Part shown: piece after piece, positions 23,701 through 31,326 of the stretch
Layout of the letters: each line of letters opens with the position of its first letter
Position numbering within the stretch: the stretch's first letter is position 1
Origin: Bacteroidales bacterium
Lineage (GTDB): Bacteria; Bacteroidota; Bacteroidia; Bacteroidales; F082
Reading direction: 5' to 3'
Assembly (NCBI GenBank): GCA_016291135.1
Contig: JAEFAE010000003.1
Span: 84,516-148,515, forward strand
DNA length: 64,000 bases
The notes under the pieces: model-generated
Database searches by the model: none
What the model was told of the DNA's origin: nothing
Seen by the model: only the letters and a program-made list of their open reading frames with translations
Made by a program: the position numbers and the translations under genes

Positions 23701-24909
23701 ATGGAAGAAATCGAAATCAAAGAATGGGGTAAAGAAGTGTTCGACCTCTTGTCGTGGTACAAGATGGACGTGGTCAAGAACGCCAAGGTGATGGTGGTCG
23801 GTGCCGGTGCGCTCGGCAACGAGGTGTTGAAGAACCTCGCCCTGTTTGGCGTAGGCAACATCTATATCGTGGACTTCGACACCATCGAATACACCAACTT
23901 GACCCGTTCGGTGCTCTTCCGCGAGGAGGATGCCGACAAGGGCTATTTCAAGTCGGAGGTGGCTGCCCGGAAGTTGCGTGAGATCAACCCCAACATCAAT
24001 GTGCAGTATATCTGCGGCAAGCTCAACACCGATGTGGGCTTGGGACTCTACCGGAAGATGGACGTGGTGGTCGGCTGTCTCGACAGCCGGCTGGCCCGTC
24101 TCCAGCTGAACCGGCTCTGCATGCGTGCCGACATCCCTTGGGTGGAGGGCGGCATGGAGAACCTCACCGGCAACGTCAGGGTCTTCAAACCCGGAGAGAA
24201 CTGCTACGAATGCGGCTTGACCGAAAACGCCAAGCAGAACATCTTCCAGCAGCTCTCCTGCGCTGGAGTAGCCCACCGCAACGAGAACGTGGGGCGTATT
24301 CCCACCACGCCGGTCATCGCCTCGATCATCGGCGCCGTTGAGACCCAGGAGGCCATGAAGCTTCTCCACAAGGAGGAGGTGCAGTCGGGCGTGTTCTCGA
24401 CCCTCATGGGCAAATGGTTCCACTATGAGGGCATGCACAACCACATCTCGGTGTATGACTCCCAAGCCTACTTTGAGGACTGTCCCTCGCACGAGTGCTG
24501 GAACGACGTGGTCAAGATCGCTGCCTTGAGCGCCGATACCCGGATCAACGATGTGTTCACCCTGATCCAGGAGACCCTGGGCGTGAAGGAAGTGGAGATC
24601 AACCTCCGCAACGACAAGTTTGTCGACATCATCGTTTCCAAGAACGACAACCAGCGTTTCACGCCCATGTTGCCCGAGTCCAAGATCTCGGACTACATCG
24701 ACTCGAACTACGACCTCTATACCCGTTCCCGTTCCGACCTTAACCAAAACGCCTACGAGAACATCAACGAGGAGTTCCCGTACCAGCGGCTCACCCTCCA
24801 CGAAATCGGCATCCCCTATTACGACGTCATCGAAGTGACCACCGAAAACGGGGTGTTCCATGTGGAGCTTACAGCGGATGAGGCACGTTTCCCGATCATT
24901 GTCAAATAA
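23701..24909 (+). CDS. ThiF/MoeB-family E1-like activating enzyme with a C-terminal extension
   Basis: 402 aa from the ATG at 23701. The track ORF 23482-24909 overlaps the upstream gene in another frame and is over-extended. Motifs: nucleotide loop VVGAGALGNE; DFDTIEYTNLTRS (arginine-finger region); NCYEC; and a crossover-loop Cys in QQLSCAGVA (codon 24259-24261), analogous to TCVEAGV of MoeB. About 130 aa lie beyond the adenylation domain and could be a UFD-like domain. Confidence 0.75.
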   Translation: MEEIEIKEWGKEVFDLLSWYKMDVVKNAKVMVVGAGALGNEVLKNLALFGVGNIYIVDFDTIEYTNLTRSVLFREEDADKGYFKSEVAARKLREINPNINVQYICGKLNTDVGLGLYRKMDVVVGCLDSRLARLQLNRLCMRADIPWVEGGMENLTGNVRVFKPGENCYECGLTENAKQNIFQQLSCAGVAHRNENVGRIPTTPVIASIIGAVETQEAMKLLHKEEVQSGVFSTLMGKWFHYEGMHNHISVYDSQAYFEDCPSHECWNDVVKIAALSADTRINDVFTLIQETLGVKEVEINLRNDKFVDIIVSKNDNQRFTPMLPESKISDYIDSNYDLYTRSRSDLNQNAYENINEEFPYQRLTLHEIGIPYYDVIEVTTENGVFHVELTADEARFPIIVK

Positions 24910-24917
24910 CTGTTGCC

Positions 24918-25691
24918 ATGTCTTATTTTGACCAAAACAGCCTTCAACAAGAGCTTTGCGCCGAACAGGTGCTTGCGGTGCATTTCCCCGACATCAAGGA
25001 GTGGACGGCCAACTATGGCAGCTTCTTCTCGAGGAACTACACGGGCGACTTGAAGGAATGTAACCCCAGGGATAAAAAGGTTTCCCTCTCCCGGAACGGC
25101 ATCTACGACATCCTTCCCGAGAAGATGTTCTTCGACCCTAACGAGTTGCGGAACAAGGAAAGCCGGGCCTTTGCACAACGGGTGGCCGAACTCTATGAGG
25201 AGGAAAGGAACATCCAGAAATATTTCCAGCCTTTCGACTCTTATTTCTTTAACCGGTCGCTAAACATCCGCTTGAATGTCAATAGGTTGGTGGACGATAA
25301 GGTCGAGATGATGCTCCGGCTGCTTTTCGACTACGACCTTCATGCGGAGAAGAATCCCTATATCCGCCTGCTGGCGCCTATGTTGCTTCAAGTAACCGAG
25401 TTGCGGTCCGACTTCGACCGGCTGTCGACGATGCTCGCCGCTATCATCGATTGTCGCGTGGACTACAAGATGCCGACCCAGGACCGTGTGCTCTTTACGG
25501 TGCATAAGTTGCAACTGAACAGCCGTGAGTACGCCGATTTCATGTTGCTGTTGAAGCCGTTGTTCGACTTTGTACAAGAGTGGTTCGTCCCCATGGAGAT
25601 GGACTGCGGCTATCAGGTGAAAGACTATCAGCAGCCTTTCGTGCTTTCCGACGATCGGGCTTTGGTATTGGACTACAACACACAGATTTGA
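24918..25691 (+). CDS. Conserved T6SS-module protein, positional candidate for TssG
   Basis: 257-aa ORF paralogous to 37547-38329 (HFPDIKEWTANYGSFFSRNYTGD... versus HYPFQREWIAHHKGIFTRNYADD...). It directly precedes the TssK-like, TssE and TssF genes in both modules. No other TssG candidate is present, and I recognise no TssG motif. Confidence 0.35.
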   Translation: MSYFDQNSLQQELCAEQVLAVHFPDIKEWTANYGSFFSRNYTGDLKECNPRDKKVSLSRNGIYDILPEKMFFDPNELRNKESRAFAQRVAELYEEERNIQKYFQPFDSYFFNRSLNIRLNVNRLVDDKVEMMLRLLFDYDLHAEKNPYIRLLAPMLLQVTELRSDFDRLSTMLAAIIDCRVDYKMPTQDRVLFTVHKLQLNSREYADFMLLLKPLFDFVQEWFVPMEMDCGYQVKDYQQPFVLSDDRALVLDYNTQI

Positions 25692-25715
25692 TTCTTTTAG
25701 ACAAAAAACCATACA

Positions 25716-26603
25716 ATGAATACAGATATCAGAATTGATTGGCGGTCGGGCATGGAGATCACTCCACAGACCTTTATCGACATGGAGAACAACATTTCAG
25801 AGAACCGCTTGCTGGTTCGCAAGATGATTGCCGCCAAGTCGTTCGGCGTCATCCCCAGAACGAAGTTCTCCATCAGCCATGAGCTGCTTAACGGAAGTCT
25901 GGTCCTCAAGCAGATCACCTGCGACGTGTTGCTGCCTGCCGGTCAGGTGGCCGTGGTGGAGACCAAGGCGCCCATCACCCTGGCCATCCCCGACAAGGAA
26001 GCCGATGAGCTCTACCTCACCCTAGAGGTGGGCGACCATCTCGTCACCTTTGAACGGGACGGCGTGCCGCATGTGGTCAACGAATACAAGTTCGACTTCA
26101 AGGCGCTTCCCGATGTGAGGACCCAGCAGCCGTTGCTCAAACTGGTCCGTGCCAACGAGGCTTGGACTGTTTATGAGAACTATGTCCCTCCGGTCATGAC
26201 GGTCAGGACTTCCGTGCCGTTGCTTGAGAAGCTCGACGCCTTGAAGCAATCGGCCGACAAGATCGTTACCCACGAACATGCCGACCTGATGGAAGACCCG
26301 GTGCTGGTGATGTTGCTCATCGACCAGCTGATGACCTTCTCGGCCGACGACTCCTCACGTGAGTTGGTGCTGCTGTGCAAGCGTATCGCCACGGCCTTGA
26401 GCTATGCCGTCATGAAACACAAGGTGGAGTTGCCCGCACCCAATATCATGGATGTGGAACCGTATCTGAATGCGTTCCAGCATTTTTTGGCCGACATCGC
26501 CGTCGCCATGAACGACCTGCAACCCAAGGTAGTGGAAGTGAAGGCCCCGGAACCCGAACCGGAACCGGAACCCGAACCGGATGAGTGGCTCCCGATGATT
26601 TAA
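25716..26603 (+). CDS. tssK: Short TssK-like baseplate protein with an acidic (PE)n tail
   Basis: 295-aa ORF. The N-terminus IRIDWRSGMEITPQTFIDMENNISENRLLVRKM resembles the TssK start (V.WsEGmfL.PQHFQQ.drY...). It is about 150 aa shorter than canonical TssK and ends EVKAPEPEPEPEPEPDEWLPMI. Confidence 0.5.
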   Translation: MNTDIRIDWRSGMEITPQTFIDMENNISENRLLVRKMIAAKSFGVIPRTKFSISHELLNGSLVLKQITCDVLLPAGQVAVVETKAPITLAIPDKEADELYLTLEVGDHLVTFERDGVPHVVNEYKFDFKALPDVRTQQPLLKLVRANEAWTVYENYVPPVMTVRTSVPLLEKLDALKQSADKIVTHEHADLMEDPVLVMLLIDQLMTFSADDSSRELVLLCKRIATALSYAVMKHKVELPAPNIMDVEPYLNAFQHFLADIAVAMNDLQPKVVEVKAPEPEPEPEPEPDEWLPMI

Positions 26604-26622
26604 CCTACTAACGCTTCTTGTT

Positions 26623-27102
26623 ATGTTCATCAGAAACCCTTTGCAACTGCGTTATCCCATTGTGGATCTAGACGGTAGCCAACTGAAAGGCTCTATCGAC
26701 GCCTTCTTGCGCCTGCTGATCGCCTCCAACAAGTACGACAGCATCGCCGATCAGGAGTTCGGATTCTGTCTGGAGGACTTCCGTTTCGAAGGCTTCAGTT
26801 CGGAACGGGCTGAGTTTTTGGAGCGGAAGACCGTGCCGCGAGACCGGTCGGAGAATACCGAATTGGCTGAGATCCGCAGTCCGTTGTATTCCAAAAGACT
26901 CGTCGGAAACAGCAAAAACGCCGACACGTTTGCCCGTGAATTGAAAAAGAGCATCGAGCGTTATGAACGAAGGCTCCGCGAGGTACAGGTGAACACGGAC
27001 TTCCAGAAAAACGGCCGGATCCTCCACATCATCGTGACCGGGAAGATCAACAATGCCGCCAATACCCTTTATTTTAACGAGTTTAATGTTGATGTTTGGT
27101 AA
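26623..27102 (+). CDS. tssE: Baseplate wedge protein TssE (gp25-like), copy 1
   Basis: 159-aa ORF directly upstream of tssF. It has a gp25/GPW-like start (LKGSIDAFLRLLIASNKYDSIADQEFGFCLEDFRFE). Paralog at 39230-39691. Confidence 0.6.
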   Translation: MFIRNPLQLRYPIVDLDGSQLKGSIDAFLRLLIASNKYDSIADQEFGFCLEDFRFEGFSSERAEFLERKTVPRDRSENTELAEIRSPLYSKRLVGNSKNADTFARELKKSIERYERRLREVQVNTDFQKNGRILHIIVTGKINNAANTLYFNEFNVDVW

Positions 27103-27117
27103 CAACACTTTAAGATT

Positions 27118-28872
27118 ATGACACAAGAAGATTACGATATTCAGGTACAGGTGGACAGCCTGATGCAGAAAGTCCTGGAGACCTGGAAACGCGAAGGGAA
27201 ATGGGACGGCAGCAACCCCAATTCGCCCTTTTACGGTTTCGAGAAAGACCCCTTGCTCCGTATCCTGATCACCGCCTTCGTATATCAGACCAATGGCCTG
27301 AAGGCCGATATCCAGAACTTGGAACGGGACGTGGTGAGCGATTTCCAAAACAGTATTCTGCCGTACCAGATCACCCAGGCCATTCCGGCCATGACCTTGA
27401 TCCAGACGGCCAAGAGCCCCGATGAGCCCGGCGACGTGTATTGCGACGAAACGACCGCCTTCCTGGTAAAGAAAGAATCGCTCCGCGTCAAGGAAGTGTT
27501 TCCTTTCCATCCGCTCTTTAAAGCCAAGATCATCGGGATGACCGTGAATGGTGTCACCAAGATTGCCAGCGACAAATGGAACGTCAACATCGACGTCGCC
27601 GACCAAAGCGCCGACCTCTCGAATTTCGGTTTCCTGATTACCGGCCTGCGCTACAGCAACGTGAATGTTTATTGGAACAACGAGAAGCTGCCCCTGATCC
27701 AACCCTGGGAGTTCGACCGCTTCCCCAAGATGGCCTGGTTCAACGACGCCAACATCGTCTTCAACAAGTCGATGCTCTTTGGCGGTGAAAGCAAATGGTA
27801 TGACCTCTGGGCCCAGATGAATGTGAACTACTACATGGTGGCTCCGACCTTCCGTCGTCCGATCGACTCCGATATGATCAATTTCGTGTTCGAGTTCTCG
27901 GGGATGTCGAAACCCTTCAATTTCGAAGCGGAAAACCTGGCCTTCAACTGCTTCCCGGCCGTCAACGTGCTGAAAAAAGACTTCCAGCTCTCCGGAGCGG
28001 AACCCATCGTCAAACTGACCAATGAAACGGATTACACCGATGAGGATGCCGAGCCGGTCAAAGGGGTCCGTTCTTCCGTGGATGAGAACAACCACGAAGA
28101 CTTCTTTATGAACCTGGTCATGAATCCGAATTCCTCGATCGACGACCTGGATCGCTTTAGCATCCGTCATTTCGGCTGCGAGCGGTTCAATCTGAATGCC
28201 TTGGTACGTCTGGCCAACGATCTCAGCTTGCGCTACGAGTCGGATTTCTACGCCTTCCAGAAGGTGCACAAGATGCAGAACACCGACAAGATCCGTCGTC
28301 TCAACATCGTACTGAAGGATGTGTTGGGGGTGATCCTGAACAACAAGGAGCCGCGTTCCGGCGTATATGCCATCCTGAAACATGGCAAGGGGGAGGGTAA
28401 TCCTGCGCCGATCCATCTCTCCGGTCTGTTCACCGACGGTGCCTACGCCAACGACATCGATGTGTTCAGCGACGTTTCGGGACCCAAGTGCTTCGACAAG
28501 AAGGAAACCAAGATGCTGTACAAGACCTTTGGCGGACGCGATGAGGTGGTCGATCGGGAGGAGAAGGCCATGTTGGCCAAGTACTATGCCCGTACCAACG
28601 ACCGTATCGTGACACGTGCCGACCTAAAGGCCTTCTGCAACCGTTATTTTGTCCAAATCGGTTATGCGGACGCCTTGCTCGACGTGAACAGTGTCATCGA
28701 ACGCCAAGAGGACGGCTTGTCCCGTCAGCACATCACCGTCCAGCTGAAAAACGAATTCGTGCGTGACCGCGAAGACGTGCCCATGATTGTCGACCGCTTG
28801 CGCAAACTGGTCGAGGTGCATAGCATGACCCACCTGCCGATCGTGGTGGATTACCTGGCGGTTGTGAGTTAA
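27118..28872 (+). CDS. tssF: Baseplate protein TssF, copy 1
   Basis: 584-aa ORF. The N-terminal KDPLLRILITAFVYQTNGLKADIQNLERDVVSDFQNSILPYQITQAIPAMTLIQ follows the TssF pattern (dP.v..LlE.fAyL...l...ld...p.....ll..l.P.yl.P.PS). Its size and its position after tssE also fit. Confidence 0.7.
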   Translation: MTQEDYDIQVQVDSLMQKVLETWKREGKWDGSNPNSPFYGFEKDPLLRILITAFVYQTNGLKADIQNLERDVVSDFQNSILPYQITQAIPAMTLIQTAKSPDEPGDVYCDETTAFLVKKESLRVKEVFPFHPLFKAKIIGMTVNGVTKIASDKWNVNIDVADQSADLSNFGFLITGLRYSNVNVYWNNEKLPLIQPWEFDRFPKMAWFNDANIVFNKSMLFGGESKWYDLWAQMNVNYYMVAPTFRRPIDSDMINFVFEFSGMSKPFNFEAENLAFNCFPAVNVLKKDFQLSGAEPIVKLTNETDYTDEDAEPVKGVRSSVDENNHEDFFMNLVMNPNSSIDDLDRFSIRHFGCERFNLNALVRLANDLSLRYESDFYAFQKVHKMQNTDKIRRLNIVLKDVLGVILNNKEPRSGVYAILKHGKGEGNPAPIHLSGLFTDGAYANDIDVFSDVSGPKCFDKKETKMLYKTFGGRDEVVDREEKAMLAKYYARTNDRIVTRADLKAFCNRYFVQIGYADALLDVNSVIERQEDGLSRQHITVQLKNEFVRDREDVPMIVDRLRKLVEVHSMTHLPIVVDYLAVVS

Positions 28873-28930
28873 GAGGTGACGGCGAGCGGCGTTTTCTCAA
28901 TGAATTGAATCATAAAATGAAAGGTTTGAG

Positions 28931-30082
28931 ATGAAAAGAGTTGTTGTTTTGTTATTGGCAATGCTTCCTGTGTGGGCTTGGGCTCAAAAGGAATTGGTCA
29001 TCGAGGGGCCGAACGACAAAGTGGCGCCTGTGACGTTCCAGGTGACCTCGGATTTCGATCAGGAGAATGGGACGCTACGACTGACGCTCACCGGAGATGA
29101 CACGGCGGAGGCCAATGCGCTGTGGCTCCTCCAAGAAGCTACCGGCTATGATGTGCTGGACAAGTATTTCAAAAAGAACGAAGGGAAGCTCTCGCTATCG
29201 TCCTTTGCCAAGGAACAGATGAGTTTCATGAACCTTTGGGAGAAAACCGCTGATCCGGTCATCCAGGTTACAGGTGCTCAGTTGAGCGACAAGACGGCCA
29301 TCCAAACCAAGGAAGGGATGAAAGCCAAAATCCAGAAGCAGATCCTTCCCCTGGACACACGTTCCGCCCTCGTGCTTAACCTTCAAGTGACGCCAGGAAT
29401 CGAAACGGTCACCCTCACTTTGAACAATCCACTGCTTCTTTTCAACAACTCCGGGCGGTATGAACTGGCATTTATCGGCCAGCCTGTCAGCATGGACTTC
29501 GACGTCAAGATCGACTATTGTGGCGCTCATGCGGAAATGCTTGCCCAGCTTGAAGAATACATCCGTATCTTCGGCAAGGGGGAGGAGACCCTACAGCAAG
29601 CTCAGAGTACTTGTGTTGACAAGCTTAAAGCACTGTTAATCATAGAATATACACAGATTGATTTCAAGCGTTTTGAGAACACAAAGTGTCAGGAAATCGA
29701 CGATGCATTGGCGGCTTTGAAAGCCTTGACGGAACGCATTGCAAAGTTTGAGCTTCCCAAAGACAATGGAGGTGGTGGTGCCGGTAGCGCCAGTGGTGCC
29801 AGTGGTGCCAGTGGTTCTTCTGCATCCACCGCTGTCGACGATTGCAATACCAAGAAGGTGAACGATGACCTGAAGGCCGCTGTGGTTAAGATGAACACAT
29901 ACGCCAACGACTGGATCTCATCCAACGATCCCACCGTTAAACAGGCCAAGAAACTGGCCTTTGACGGTGTGGTGAAGGAGACGGACGCCAAAATTAATGC
30001 CCTTGCGCCCGCTTGCCGTAAGAAACTCGACAGCGGCTCGCTGAAGAACTACGAGATGGCGAAGAAACTAATCAAGAATTAA
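28931..30082 (+). CDS. Periplasmic or secreted protein, paralog of 16471-17649 (start of module 2)
   Basis: 383-aa ORF with a signal peptide (MKRVVVLLLAMLPVWAWAQ). It has a Gly/Ala/Ser linker and the same conserved Lys-rich C-terminal domain ending ...LKNYEMAKKLIKN. Confidence 0.6.
   Translation: MKRVVVLLLAMLPVWAWAQKELVIEGPNDKVAPVTFQVTSDFDQENGTLRLTLTGDDTAEANALWLLQEATGYDVLDKYFKKNEGKLSLSSFAKEQMSFMNLWEKTADPVIQVTGAQLSDKTAIQTKEGMKAKIQKQILPLDTRSALVLNLQVTPGIETVTLTLNNPLLLFNNSGRYELAFIGQPVSMDFDVKIDYCGAHAEMLAQLEEYIRIFGKGEETLQQAQSTCVDKLKALLIIEYTQIDFKRFENTKCQEIDDALAALKALTERIAKFELPKDNGGGGAGSASGASGASGSSASTAVDDCNTKKVNDDLKAAVVKMNTYANDWISSNDPTVKQAKKLAFDGVVKETDAKINALAPACRKKLDSGSLKNYEMAKKLIKN
29789..29815 (+). 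repeat. In-frame 9-nt tandem repeat (GCCAGTGGT x3) encoding (ASG)3
   Basis: Three perfect 9-nt units inside the linker GGGGAGSASGASGASGSSAS of the 383-aa protein. The position is equivalent to the GNS repeat of its paralog. Confidence 0.85.
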
Positions 30083-30141
30083 GAAGACAGAAATCAGGAG
30101 ACCGCATACAGAATACAAAAACAATATAAGGAGATATTACT

Positions 30142-31302
30142 ATGTCAGTTTCGGCAACCTTGCAGTTTGCAGAGTCAGGCGGAGGAATAACCGCTTTTCT
30201 TGCAAAGAACTTGAAAGACATCTATACGGTACTCGACCTTGACTATACGGTCGAAAAGCCTTTTGATAAGACAGGACATCCCTCGGGTGGTGCATACATT
30301 TCATTCATTAAGGTGACTGTTCGGGCTGCCAAGCAAATGGGGGCGCCTTTCCATGATTGGATCAACAAGCCTGACCAACAGATGGATGGCGTGATTAAGA
30401 TCTACGACTCAACCGGTATCATTTCTTCTACCATGCAGGATGTCACCGGTGCCGATCCTCTTGTGGACGTGGGCAATACGATGTTTGGTCTCCCAGAAGA
30501 TATGATGGAGGGGGCGATGAACCAGGCTATGGATCAAGCCTCGAATTACGACACCCGTGAACATGACCTGTACGACGAGCTTGAACATAAGGATTTGTTG
30601 GAGCAAGCTGATGACTATAAAATCAAGGTTATGGCGAATGACAGCGATGATGTGATCAAAGACAAACTACGTAAGACAAAAAAGGAGCTTGATACGCTTG
30701 ATACAAACGATGACGCATTGAGAGCGTTCATAAAGGAACACCCGGAAGTGGGATGGCCGAACAAAGAAAAGGAGACCGCGGAAATGGACCTTGAAGCCTT
30801 GAAACAGTATGCTGCAGATAACAAATTGAATGATGCGCCCCAAAAAAAGGACAATGAAACGGATGAAGAATATCTGAAGCGTTATCGGGCTTATGTGAAA
30901 GATGATATGGAATTCAAGGCGGCGAAACAAATGGTGAAGGATCGGCCAGATAAAGTTAAGAAGGCTGTTGGGGACGATGTGGAGCAACAAATCAAAAATG
31001 AAGAGGTGCTTGCTCCTGCATACCAAACCGCCGACAAACTGAAAAAACAAACGGCATCCACTGCAAAGGGTATTGCTAAGGAATTCGTCAAAAGAACCAT
31101 GGAATGCGCTCGCAGTATTACTTTCGAGAATGCCTATTGCGTCAGTTTAAAAGAGCATTTTACCAACAGACCTGATTCCCAAGGAAAACTCGACGCTTCC
31201 TATCCATGGATCCTCGAAATCGGTATCAAACCGACAACCGTGAAGGTTACGGGTGAGCAGCTTGGGCCAAAGGCCATTGGTGGCGAAATTGAGTTTAAGT
31301 AG
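30142..31302 (+). CDS. Hcp-family protein with a ~230-aa charged insertion inside the fold
   Basis: 386-aa ORF. Residues ~25-95 (VLDLDYTVEKPFDKTGHPSGGAYISFIKVTVRA...FHDWINKPDQQMDGVIKIYDS) and ~330-386 (ITFENAYCVSLKEHF...YPWILEIGIKPTTVKV) align to the two halves of Hcp1. A Lys/Asp/Glu-rich segment sits between them, where Hcp1 has only a short loop. Confidence 0.6.
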   Translation: MSVSATLQFAESGGGITAFLAKNLKDIYTVLDLDYTVEKPFDKTGHPSGGAYISFIKVTVRAAKQMGAPFHDWINKPDQQMDGVIKIYDSTGIISSTMQDVTGADPLVDVGNTMFGLPEDMMEGAMNQAMDQASNYDTREHDLYDELEHKDLLEQADDYKIKVMANDSDDVIKDKLRKTKKELDTLDTNDDALRAFIKEHPEVGWPNKEKETAEMDLEALKQYAADNKLNDAPQKKDNETDEEYLKRYRAYVKDDMEFKAAKQMVKDRPDKVKKAVGDDVEQQIKNEEVLAPAYQTADKLKKQTASTAKGIAKEFVKRTMECARSITFENAYCVSLKEHFTNRPDSQGKLDASYPWILEIGIKPTTVKVTGEQLGPKAIGGEIEFK

Positions 31303-31326
31303 GGGAAACGATAGGAGACCTTTGCC

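Noticed and set aside
15512-24909. Whether the E1/Ubl pair is a ThiS/MoaD-type sulfur-carrier system, or a CBASS/Bil anti-phage island that merely sits next to the T6SS.
   Set aside because: No thiamine or molybdopterin genes, no cyclase, no CBASS effector and no stand-alone defence-island neighbours are present. The genes are interleaved with T6SS envelope and baseplate genes. The Ubl and RING components are duplicated together with a second baseplate module.
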